A stretch of DNA of 33,975 nt from Parcubacteria group bacterium (GTDB lineage: Bacteria; Patescibacteriota; Minisyncoccia; Phycocordibacterales; Phycocordibacteraceae): positions 1-33,975 of the forward strand of contig JAQBRK010000024.1 in the NCBI GenBank assembly GCA_028286505.1. Direction: 5' to 3'. Position 1 is the stretch's first letter. Each line of letters begins with the position of its first letter. Positions 8,429-15,670 of this stretch are shown here, piece after piece. A model generated the notes under the pieces. The model did not search any database, was not told the origin of the DNA, and worked only from the letters and a program-made list of their open reading frames with translations. Made by a program: the position numbers and the translations under genes.

Positions 8429-11020
8429 ATGATTCGTATTCAACGCAGCCATCTCTCCCTCCTATACGGATTCATTCTTCTAGCTGCATTTACGATGGTG
8501 CCATTCGCAGCTCATGCTGAAAACCAGGACAGCTGTACGGGTATGGGAGGTACCTATTATTCGGATACGGGTGCCTGCGTAATGCCCAGCGGCGGGAGCG
8601 GAGGCGGTGCCGACTATAGCTGGTATAACCCGCAGCCGAGTACCTGTACCGTGAACACCACAAGCGCGACCGTAGGAAGCGTAGTTACCTATACGAACAG
8701 CGTGCAACACGCGACCAACTGGGCAGTCAGCCAGCCTGACGGTTCGTGGACCACAACCACCAGCTACGCTGATGACGAAACGTTCTCGCATGTGTATACG
8801 ACGACGGGTACCTATAACGTCTTTGCAGCGACCAACGACGCGCAATATCTCGGAACGTGTCCGATGGTAACGGTCTCTGCTGCGCCTGTCGTGCCTACGG
8901 CGACACTTGCGGCGTCTCCTGCAGTCGTTTCCTCAGGCGGCTCCTCGACGCTTACGTGGTCTTCGACGGATGCAACGTCATGTACGGGAACCAATTTTAG
9001 CACCGCGGGAGCCACCTCGGGTTCCGTTTCGGTTTCTCCGACCTCTGACACGACCTATCGTGTCGATTGTTCGGGAACGGGAGGTAACGCCTGGGACTCC
9101 CGTGCGGTAACTATCGGAACGGGAAGGCCGGATCTGACGGTGGCTGACGGCGCCAGCGTCTCGGCGACGCAAGGCGTACCGGTTACGCTGTCGCAAACCA
9201 TTTCCAATAATGGAACCGCGAGCACGGGAGGTTCTTTCTACAACTTCATACGCGTGTGTAGCGCTTATTGTTCGCCCTATGATCAATCCGCAGAAGCGAG
9301 TACCGTAGCGCTTGCCGCAGGCGCAAGCCGGGCCGTCTCGTTTCCGTGGACCTTCACGGCGCCGGGTACCTATTATTACGCTCTGTGTACGGACCTGCGT
9401 TCCGGTTACACGGGCGGAGTTATCGATGAATCCGACGAAAATAATAACTGCAGCAATTGGCAATACGTAGTCGTGTCGGCCGTGGCTCAACCCGACCTTA
9501 CCGCCGGAGCAACGACCGTTACCAATTCCATCGCGGGACAGACAACCAGCTTCTCGGGTTCCGTTTCCAATATTGGAACGGGAACGGCGGGAAGCTCGCT
9601 AGCCTACTTCAGCATCGCGAGCGTATCGAACGCCTGGTCTGGCGCTACCGGCAGTATTGCTCCGGGCGCGAGCGCTGCCGTGGCTTCCAGTTACGTACTA
9701 ACTACGCCCGGCACGTATACCGTTACGTTGTGCGCCGACGGCGCGGGGGCAGTCTCCGAAACGAATGAGGGGAACAATTGCGGCGCTCCCACCACCTTCA
9801 CGCTTTATGCGGTTCCAACCGCTACCATTACGCTCACGCCGAGTGCCGTAGCTTCGGGCGGCGCGTCCACACTCTCATGGTCTTCGACCGCAGCAACGAC
9901 GTGTACGGGCACGAATTTCGCGACAGCGAACGCGACTTCGGGATCGGTATCCGTTTCTCCCTCGACGAGTACGGTATATACGCTTTCTTGTACCGGGGCA
10001 GGAGGGAACGCTACGGACACCAAAACCCTTACCATAGGGTCGGCGGCGCTTCCGGACCTTACTGCCGGAGCCGTTTCTCCGACCTCGGCACGAGCCGGCA
10101 GTTCCGCTACCTTTTCGGCAACGATAAGCAATACGGGAGGCGCCTCGACCGGTGGCGCCTTTACGAATCTGCTTCAGAAAGCCGATGATGCCTCGGGTGG
10201 CGGTGCGAGCGATATCGCCACGAAAAGCGTGTCGACCATCGGCGCAAATTCGAGCAGTGTTGCCGCCTACACCTATACGTTCCCCGTCAGCGACGCCGGG
10301 ACCACTAAATACTTGCGAGCGTGCGCCGATAAGAATGCCGCAACAGGAGTGGGAGATATTGACGAGGGAATTGAAACTAATAATTGCGGAGCGTGGACGG
10401 CAATTACCGTAGGCACTGCTTCGCCAGCAGCTCTTTCCTGCACACCATCTCCAGCAAGTACCGACCCGAATCAGAACGTATCCTGGAGAGCGGATCCGAG
10501 CGGGTTCGTAGCCGGAACACCCATCACCTACACGTGGACCGCCATGGGTGGAGCACCTTCGTCGGGTTCGGCTACCGAGGCTACGGGAAGTGGGAATGCC
10601 TTCGTAACCCAGTACCCTACGGGCGGTTCGTATTCGGCAAGCGTGACGGCCACCCAGGGTTCGTTAACGGCAGGTCCGCAATCCTGCACGCCGGTTACGA
10701 TTTCCGGTCCGGTTAATTCCTGCAGCGGTGCGATAACGCCGACCATCTATATTTCTCATAACCGCAGTCGCGTGAATATAGGTGATTCCGTACTGCTCAC
10801 CTACGGCGCAACAGGCATGCCCTCAGGTTCTTGCGTGGTAACGGGCCCGGCCAGTTTTACTCCGATTACGACGGCTGCGGCAGACCCCGCCACCTGCACC
10901 ATCCCTATTGCGGGAACTCAGACCGGAGCAATTACGGCACAAAGTACCTACACCATGACCTGCGGAACAGCCAAGGCATCTATCATCGTGAACATCATTC
11001 CTAAGTTCATCGAATTCTAG
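8429..11020 (+). CDS. large secreted multi-domain surface protein: Cys motif, PKD-like, 3x CARDB-like, 2x Ig-like modules (paralog 2)
   Basis: 863 aa. The signal peptide ends AHA|EN and is followed by ENQDSCTGMGGTYYSDTGAC. A PKD-like motif is present (ETFSHVYTTTGTYN). CARDB-like module ends are DESDENNNCS, SETNEGNNCG and DEGIETNNCG (near nt 9434, 9763, 10368). Two Ig-like modules read GGSSTLTWSSTDATSC… and GGASTLSWSSTAATTC…. The protein ends IPKFIEF-stop. Confidence 0.7.
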   Translation: MIRIQRSHLSLLYGFILLAAFTMVPFAAHAENQDSCTGMGGTYYSDTGACVMPSGGSGGGADYSWYNPQPSTCTVNTTSATVGSVVTYTNSVQHATNWAVSQPDGSWTTTTSYADDETFSHVYTTTGTYNVFAATNDAQYLGTCPMVTVSAAPVVPTATLAASPAVVSSGGSSTLTWSSTDATSCTGTNFSTAGATSGSVSVSPTSDTTYRVDCSGTGGNAWDSRAVTIGTGRPDLTVADGASVSATQGVPVTLSQTISNNGTASTGGSFYNFIRVCSAYCSPYDQSAEASTVALAAGASRAVSFPWTFTAPGTYYYALCTDLRSGYTGGVIDESDENNNCSNWQYVVVSAVAQPDLTAGATTVTNSIAGQTTSFSGSVSNIGTGTAGSSLAYFSIASVSNAWSGATGSIAPGASAAVASSYVLTTPGTYTVTLCADGAGAVSETNEGNNCGAPTTFTLYAVPTATITLTPSAVASGGASTLSWSSTAATTCTGTNFATANATSGSVSVSPSTSTVYTLSCTGAGGNATDTKTLTIGSAALPDLTAGAVSPTSARAGSSATFSATISNTGGASTGGAFTNLLQKADDASGGGASDIATKSVSTIGANSSSVAAYTYTFPVSDAGTTKYLRACADKNAATGVGDIDEGIETNNCGAWTAITVGTASPAALSCTPSPASTDPNQNVSWRADPSGFVAGTPITYTWTAMGGAPSSGSATEATGSGNAFVTQYPTGGSYSASVTATQGSLTAGPQSCTPVTISGPVNSCSGAITPTIYISHNRSRVNIGDSVLLTYGATGMPSGSCVVTGPASFTPITTAAADPATCTIPIAGTQTGAITAQSTYTMTCGTAKASIIVNIIPKFIEF

Positions 11021-11044
11021 AAAGATCGGCCAAGAAGGAAGGAA

Positions 11045-11073
11045 TTGCTTAGTATTTGAGTATTTGCTATAGT
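11045..11073 (+). promoter_or_regulatory. putative promoter of rpmE (TTGCTT-N17-TATAGT), near-leaderless
   Basis: TTGCTT at 11045-11050, a 17 nt spacer containing the direct repeat agtatttg-agtatttg, then TATAGT at 11068-11073. The ATG is only 8 nt downstream and no SD is visible. Confidence 0.4.
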
Positions 11074-11081
11074 CTTCCTAC

Positions 11082-11330
11082 ATGAAAAAGGACACACATC
11101 CGGCCGATTACCGCACCGTTCTCTTCGAAGATATCTCTTCGGGGGAGCAGTTCCTTATCGGTTCTACCATCCGTACCAGCGAGAAAGGCACCGTAAAGGG
11201 TGTTGAGTACGACAAGTACACGGTGGAAATCTCCAGCGCTTCGCATCCGTTCTATACGGGCGAGGATCGTTCGCTTGATAAGACGGGTCGAGTTGAGCGC
11301 TTCAAGCAGCGCGCCGCGAAGAAGCTGTAA
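11082..11330 (+). CDS. rpmE: 50S ribosomal protein L31, type B (no CxxC zinc motif)
   Basis: 82 aa. MKKDTHPADY…STIRTSE…VEISSASHPFYTGEDRSLDKTGRVERFKQR matches the L31 signature (HP.y…iSs.sHPFYTG…GRVekF). The Cys pairs of the zinc-binding type are absent. Confidence 0.9.
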   Translation: MKKDTHPADYRTVLFEDISSGEQFLIGSTIRTSEKGTVKGVEYDKYTVEISSASHPFYTGEDRSLDKTGRVERFKQRAAKKL

Positions 11331-11338
11331 AGAAGTCC

Positions 11339-11421
11339 GTAGCTTCGTTGCGGACATCTGTCCCGCCCATTCGTCGTACTGCTAGTACGCCTGCTTCGCG
11401 GGCCTGTCCGCGCCTCGCTAC
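11339..11421 (+). repeat. intergenic hairpin-element family, copy A (downstream of rpmE)
   Basis: Rod-like fold with these paired segments:
- GTAGC (11339-43) with GCTAC (11417-21)
- GCGGACA (11350-56) with TGTCCGC (11405-11)
- CCCGC (11362-66) with GCGGG (11398-402)
- tip CGTAC-tgcta-GTACG (11375-89)

The 5' motif is AGCTTCGTTGCGG and the 3' motif is GCGCCTCGC. Confidence 0.65.
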
Positions 11422-11468
11422 AACCTCCTTATACAGCTTCTTCTGGTGGCTTCTGCTACTCTAACTAC

Positions 11469-12422
11469 ATGGAATACTCTTCCGAATTCAAGAACAACCA
11501 CGCGACCCGCTATTTGGCGGAGGAATACGAACGCTTGGAAGCGGAGCGGGTGTCTTCGCGTGAAGCAGCCGGAGAAGACGCGCTCATGCGCGAGATGGCA
11601 GAAGAGGACGAGGTCCGTATAGCGACTCGCCAGAAGGAGTTGCTCGCTGATATTGAGCGCATCATGAACCGCGAGAAGGAAGAGGAAAGTAAACCTAAAG
11701 CGCTCGTGCTTGAATTCCGCGCGGGCGCGGGCGGCGACGAGGCATCTTTGTTTGCGACCGAGCTACGCGACATGTATCTCAAATATGCCGAAGGGAAGCG
11801 TTGGCGCATCCGTCGTATCGACGACATGACCATCGAACTCGATACGCCGGCTGCCTACGACGCCCTTCGCTACGAGACCGGTGTGCACCGCGTTCAGCGC
11901 GTGCCGCTTACGGAGAAGTCAGGACGTATCCATACCTCAACCGCGTCCGTTGCGGCGCTTCCGATACGCGTGAAGCCCGTCGTTGAAATTAACCCGTCCG
12001 ACATACATATGGAGTTCACGCGTTCCGGAGGAGCGGGTGGCCAGAACGTGAACAAAGTGGAATCGGCCGTGCGCCTGGTGCATATCCCGACCGGTGTTGA
12101 CGTTCGCTCTTCGAGCGAACGCTCACAGCTCGCGAACCGCCTGCAGGCCATGGAAATACTTTCGGCAAAGCTCGAGGCCCTCGCCATTGAGGAAGAAGCC
12201 AAGAAGCACTCCGATCTCCGTAGCGGCCAGATAGGTACCGCGGACCGTTCCGAGAAAATACGTACCTATAACTTCCTCCAGGACCGCATCACCGACCATC
12301 GTTTGAAGGAGTCCTGGCACAATCTACCCAAGATAATGCTTGGTTATATCGACCCTATCGTGGAAGCTCTTCAGAAAGCCGCCGAAGCCGGGGGAGTTGG
12401 GCCTGTCGAAGACGACGAATAA
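11469..12422 (+). CDS. prfA: peptide chain release factor 1 (short form)
   Basis: 317 aa. HRVQRVPLTEKSGRIHTSTASVAALP carries an RF1-type P.T tripeptide context rather than the SPF of RF2. The GGQ motif is present in SGGAGGQNVNKVESAVRL. Confidence 0.85.
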   Translation: MEYSSEFKNNHATRYLAEEYERLEAERVSSREAAGEDALMREMAEEDEVRIATRQKELLADIERIMNREKEEESKPKALVLEFRAGAGGDEASLFATELRDMYLKYAEGKRWRIRRIDDMTIELDTPAAYDALRYETGVHRVQRVPLTEKSGRIHTSTASVAALPIRVKPVVEINPSDIHMEFTRSGGAGGQNVNKVESAVRLVHIPTGVDVRSSSERSQLANRLQAMEILSAKLEALAIEEEAKKHSDLRSGQIGTADRSEKIRTYNFLQDRITDHRLKESWHNLPKIMLGYIDPIVEALQKAAEAGGVGPVEDDE

Positions 12423-12430
12423 AAACAGAA

Positions 12431-12482
12431 ACCGCTCATCAACCCGAAGGCCGACGAGACGGTGTCTTCTGTGATGAGCGGT
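12431..12482. terminator. hairpin between convergent prfA and the 12490-13083 gene (possible bidirectional terminator)
   Basis: An 11 bp outer stem pairs ACCGCTCATCA (12431-41) with TGATGAGCGGT (12472-82). The enclosed segment has further GAAG/CTTC pairing. A-rich sequence lies 5' of the hairpin. Confidence 0.45.
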
Positions 12483-12489
12483 GAAAGAC

Positions 12490-13083
12490 CTATTTCTTCT
12501 CGTGGTATCGCTTGAGGCACGCACGCATGAGAGCGTTGGGACTTTCGGAGAAAACCTTCCTGAGACTGTGGCGCGTAACGTCCCAGCCGGCGAAGTGAGG
12601 AACGAGCAGCATCACGCTTTCGTCCGCATCTTCCGGAAGCCCTGAGCCCGCCAGCAACACCTTCACTGGACGTGTACCGAGCGACTTGATCCGGCAGCTG
12701 AGGATAATTCCGCCGCCGTACTTCTCGTCCTCAGGTTTGCGACTGTCCATGGACGTCACACAGGCGGAATCGTAATAGCCCATCGCGGTGCGGTGGACTT
12801 TCTCGGCGGAATAGATGCCGTAGATCGCCTGCTTCGCGATGTTGCTGGTGCCGCCGGCCCAGTTATGGTCGACGAAGCTCAAGTCTCTGCATCCTTGGAA
12901 GGGCTTATTGACGAAGAAGGCTCGCCAGCTCATGCCCTTTTCGGCATGCTCTTTCTCGCCGAGCTCGCCCAGAACAAAACGCACGGCGTCGTTGAAGGCC
13001 TTATTTAGGCCGGGTTTCTCACTAGGATTGAGGGTCAGCACGGTTTCTCTCCATGGTTGGTTGAGCGGCGCGTGCCGCGACAA
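12490..13083 (-). CDS. hypothetical protein (no recognisable family)
   Basis: 197 aa ORF convergent with prfA, with a TAG stop. The annotated start is TTG, so the true start is uncertain. I recognised no motif. Confidence 0.5.
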   Translation of the reverse strand: MSRHAPLNQPWRETVLTLNPSEKPGLNKAFNDAVRFVLGELGEKEHAEKGMSWRAFFVNKPFQGCRDLSFVDHNWAGGTSNIAKQAIYGIYSAEKVHRTAMGYYDSACVTSMDSRKPEDEKYGGGIILSCRIKSLGTRPVKVLLAGSGLPEDADESVMLLVPHFAGWDVTRHSLRKVFSESPNALMRACLKRYHEKK

Positions 13084-13166
13084 GTGACTGGCTTGACTAT
13101 GCCTCTGATTCTTACTAACGTCAAGTTCGTACGTAGTATCCGAGCCATTGTAAGCCCAAAAGCCTT

Positions 13167-13895
13167 ATGATAAGCTCTGGGGACATGACTGAAACAACTA
13201 CACCCGGCCAGACCGGGGCTGGAATCGAGCGTCTCTTCGCTGCAGGAGCGCATTTTGCACAGGTAAAGAGCCGTCGCCACCCGTCCATGCGCGCCTATGT
13301 GCTCGGCGCCAAGGGCTCCGTGGAGATCTTCGACCTCGTAAAGACCGACGAGCAGCTTATTGCTGCTAAGAACGTCATGAGCGCTCTCGCTCGCGACGGT
13401 AAGACCGTAATGATCGTAGGAGGCAAGCGTGAGGCGTCCGACGCCGTTCGTGCCATGGGCAAGCGCATCGCCCAGCCTTTCGTCGCCGGTCGCTGGCTCG
13501 GAGGAACCATCTCCAACTTCTCTGAAATCAAGAAGCGCATCGACCGTCTTGCTGACCTTTCGGCAAAGCGCGAAAGCGGCGAGCTCGGAAAGATTTACAC
13601 GAAGCTTGAGCGTATCCACATCGACCGCGAAATCGATCGTCTTGAGGAGCGTCTCGAAGGAATCAAGACCCTTTCTCGCAAGCCGGACGCCATGATAATC
13701 GTGGACACCAAGCACGACGCACACGCTACTAAGGAAGCGAAGCAGGCGGGCATTCCGGTCATCGCCGTTATGAGTTCCGACTGCGATATCAAGGACGCGG
13801 CATATCCTATCGTTACCAACGATGCGTCGCGTGCTGCGATTACGCTCATGTTGAACGAACTGGCGGACGCGTTTGAGGCAGGTCAGAAGGCCTAA
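13167..13895 (+). CDS. rpsB: 30S ribosomal protein S2
   Basis: LFAAGAHFAQVKSRRHPSM…VEIFDLVKT…IVGGKREA…FVAGRWLGGTISNF matches the S2 signature (AGvHFGh…NPkM…ihIidL.kT…FVGTK…RWlGGmLTNf). An alternative ATG lies at 13182. The rpsB-tsf synteny is preserved. Confidence 0.85.
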   Translation: MISSGDMTETTTPGQTGAGIERLFAAGAHFAQVKSRRHPSMRAYVLGAKGSVEIFDLVKTDEQLIAAKNVMSALARDGKTVMIVGGKREASDAVRAMGKRIAQPFVAGRWLGGTISNFSEIKKRIDRLADLSAKRESGELGKIYTKLERIHIDREIDRLEERLEGIKTLSRKPDAMIIVDTKHDAHATKEAKQAGIPVIAVMSSDCDIKDAAYPIVTNDASRAAITLMLNELADAFEAGQKA

Positions 13896-13909
13896 CGAGA
13901 GCGAACCAA

Positions 13910-13996
13910 AGCTTCCGGCTGCATCGTTGCAGGGTGCGAGAATTTCTTCCAACGTACTGCTAGTACGTCTGCAGAAATTCTCTTCCTGCGCCTTGC
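13910..13996 (+). repeat. intergenic hairpin-element family, copy B (downstream of rpsB)
   Basis: AGCTTCCGGCTGCATCGTTGC at the 5' end. Paired segments:
- GCAGG (13929-33) with CCTGC (13985-89)
- GAGAATTTCT (13938-47) with AGAAATTCTC (13973-82)
- tip CGTAC-tgcta-GTACG (13953-67)

It ends GCGCCTTGC (13988-96). Confidence 0.65.
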
Positions 13997-14053
13997 TTCC
14001 GAAACCTTTTGAGTCGCTCTATACTTGACCAACAACTCTTTAACTACAACCAC

Positions 14054-14638
14054 ATGGAAATATCGATCGACATAATCAAGGAACTTCGCGAAAAGACGGG
14101 ACTTTCAATAATGCAGTGCAAAAAGGCGCTCGAAGAAGCGGAAGGCGATGTCGAAAAGGCCGAGGTTATTCTGCGCAAGCGCAGTTCCGAAGCTGCCGAT
14201 AAGAAGTCCGATCGCGAAATCGGAGCCGGAGCCGTCGGTATGTACCTCCATGACAAGGCTATTGGCGCTATGGTGCTTCTCTCCTCTGAGACCGATTTCG
14301 TCTCGAAGAACCCTGAATTCGAATCCCTCGCACGCGAGCTCGCCATGCAGGTAGCCGCGACCAATCCCGAGTACCTCACCTCCGAAGAAATAGCTCCAGA
14401 AGCGAAAGCTGCAGCCGAAGCGGTGTTCAAGGAAGAAGTAAAGGATAAGCCGGCAGAGATGCAGGAGAAGATCCTTGCAGGAAAGATGGAAAGCTACTTC
14501 CGTGACTCGGTCCTCATGAACCAGCCGTACATCAAGGATGATTCGAAGACCATTAAGCAGCTTATCGACGAAGCTTCGCAGAAGTTCGGCGAGAAGGTGC
14601 TCGTTTCTAAGTTCTCTCGCTTCTCTGCGCGAGGCTAA
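14054..14638 (+). CDS. tsf: elongation factor Ts (short form)
   Basis: MEISIDIIKELREKTGLSIMQCKKALEEAEGDVEKAEVILRK matches the EF-Ts N-terminal UBA-like signature (vKeLRe.TGagmmdCKkAL.e..GD.ekA). It is 194 aa from ATG 14054. The ORF track's TTG at 14009 adds 15 unsupported residues. Confidence 0.85.
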   Translation: MEISIDIIKELREKTGLSIMQCKKALEEAEGDVEKAEVILRKRSSEAADKKSDREIGAGAVGMYLHDKAIGAMVLLSSETDFVSKNPEFESLARELAMQVAATNPEYLTSEEIAPEAKAAAEAVFKEEVKDKPAEMQEKILAGKMESYFRDSVLMNQPYIKDDSKTIKQLIDEASQKFGEKVLVSKFSRFSARG

Positions 14639-14656
14639 CAGCCTTGCGGCTCCTTC

Positions 14657-15061
14657 ATGAGCTACCTTATTTTTGTCGCAGCATCAGGCATCCTGCTCGT
14701 GAGCTTTCTCCTTGCCACCTGGCTCGAGACGCGCCAGGGGGTGCGCCTCTTCGCGCGTCCGCGTCGGAAGCTCGATAAGCAGGTGGCCCGCGTCTCGTAC
14801 GTGGTTATGCATATCGACTGGGCCGCGTTCTTCGCACATGTCGTGCAATCGGCCGCTGAGCGAATCGCGCACGATGTCGTGCATACGACCCTCCTTATTG
14901 TGCGGGCTACCGAGCGTACGCTTACCCGCGTGATTCGCAGTCTTCGTGAGCGCGTTGCCATAAGCGCACCTGACGAGAAGCCGGTGGAAGGTTCGCAACT
15001 CATCGCCACCATCGTTCGCTTCCGCAAGAATCTTCGTCGAGAAAAGAAAGAGGGTAATTAG
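14657..15061 (+). CDS. hypothetical small membrane protein
   Basis: 134 aa with one N-terminal hydrophobic helix (YLIFVAASGILLVSFLLATWL), followed by Arg-rich helical sequence. It lies 18 nt after tsf. Confidence 0.5.
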   Translation: MSYLIFVAASGILLVSFLLATWLETRQGVRLFARPRRKLDKQVARVSYVVMHIDWAAFFAHVVQSAAERIAHDVVHTTLLIVRATERTLTRVIRSLRERVAISAPDEKPVEGSQLIATIVRFRKNLRREKKEGN

Positions 15062-15063
15062 AA

Positions 15064-15085
15064 ACGGACTGCCGAAGCAGTCCGT
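15064..15085. terminator. hairpin between convergent genes (ACGGACTGC-cgaa-GCAGTCCGT)
   Basis: A 9 bp stem with a 4 nt loop, starting 3 nt after the TAG at 15059-15061. aaatttttt follows within 15 nt. Confidence 0.5.
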
Positions 15086-15091
15086 CGTCTA

Positions 15092-15388
15092 TTATAAATT
15101 TTTTACTAACGCTCGGGCGAGAGTCCGACCGAGCAAGGCATCGTCTACCATCAGCTTTTCCGCCACTTGCTCAAGTTGACGCGTTGCGGCATTGAACTGT
15201 TCAATCGCAACCTGTAATTGTTCAGTCCTCGACCGACCTCCGTTTTCTTCGTCTTGTATCGCGCACTCGAGAGCACGCTCGACGAAGCGGTTAAGTTTAA
15301 AACCCCGCTCCTTGGCGACGCGACGCGTCTTTTCGACAATCTCAGGCGACAAGCCTTTGATAGTCCATTGTATGTTCTGGGTATCCAT
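15092..15388 (-). CDS. ribbon-helix-helix (Arc/CopG/antitoxin-like) DNA-binding protein
   Basis: WTIKGLSPEIVEKTRRVAKERGFKLNRFVERALECAI fits the RHH pattern of a beta-strand followed by two helices. ATG 15388 is preceded by a canonical SD (GGAGGT, plus-strand 15393-15398). The ORF track's GTG start at 15394 would overlap that SD. Confidence 0.55.
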   Translation of the reverse strand: MDTQNIQWTIKGLSPEIVEKTRRVAKERGFKLNRFVERALECAIQDEENGGRSRTEQLQVAIEQFNAATRQLEQVAEKLMVDDALLGRTLARALVKNL

Positions 15389-15449
15389 CGGCACCTCCTG
15401 TCAGGCACAGTAGAATACTTGTTCCAAGAACACAATCATTTCATCTTTG

Positions 15450-15522
15450 AGCCGCCTCCCGGGCTCGAACCGGGGACCTACGCATTACAAGTGCGTTGCT
15501 CTACCAACTGAGCTAAGGCGGC
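15450..15522 (-). tRNA. tRNA-Thr (anticodon UGU)
   Basis: The reverse complement folds as a canonical 73 nt cloverleaf:
- acceptor GCCGCCT/AGGCGGC
- D arm GCTC-AGTTGGTA-GAGC
- anticodon arm ACGCA-CTTGTAA-TGCGT (anticodon TGT)
- variable loop AGGTC
- T arm CCCGG-TTCGAGC-CCGGG
- discriminator T

CCA is not encoded. Confidence 0.92.
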
Positions 15523-15577
15523 AAATATCATATTCTCTCGTCGCGGCACTATTGCTCTACTACCAAACGAGCCGAGT

Positions 15578-15604
15578 CATATGAGTATCAAGGATACTCA
15601 TATG
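15578..15604. repeat. perfect 12 bp palindrome with 3 nt spacer (CATATGAGTATC-aag-GATACTCATATG)
   Basis: Read directly from the sequence. It lies between the tRNA-like fragments upstream of tRNA-Thr. Confidence 0.8.
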
Positions 15605-15649
15605 CGAGGCAAGTGCGGGGAGGAAGCTGGCCTTTCCGAAGGTCCAGCT

Positions 15650-15670
15650 TACCAACTGAGCTAAGACGGC
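15650..15670 (-). pseudogene. tRNA 5'-half fragment (acceptor + D arm), 20/21 identical to the start of tRNA-Thr
   Basis: Minus strand reads GCCGTCTTAGCTCAGTTGGTA; the intact gene reads GCCGCCTTAGCTCAGTTGGTA. No anticodon arm, T arm or 3' acceptor complement (AGACGGC) follows. Instead there is a hairpin AAGCTGG-a-CCTT-cgga-AAGG-CCAGCTT. A second D-arm-like piece, GCTC-GTTTGGTAGTA-GAGCAA, lies at about 15543-15563. Confidence 0.5.

Noticed and set aside
3351-11020. Diversity-generating retroelement targeting the variable surface proteins
   Set aside because: No reverse transcriptase ORF is present, and no template/variable repeat pair with adenine-specific mismatches is visible anywhere in the window. 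The paralogs differ throughout, not in a confined VR.
13035-13952. 305 aa minus-strand ORF opposite rpsB, and similarly 24619-25545 opposite gyrB and 4089-4622 opposite the CARDB gene
   Set aside because: The plus-strand frames carry unmistakable S2, GyrB and CARDB motifs. The antisense products are Arg-rich with no recognisable features.
15620-15660. Small SRP (4.5S) RNA, suggested by GGAAGC…CCGAAGG…CCAGC-like sequence
   Set aside because: The hairpin is almost fully paired (7 + 4 bp with one bulge) and has a CGGA/UUCG-type loop. It lacks the conserved symmetric and asymmetric internal loops and the GNRA-loop context of SRP helix 8.
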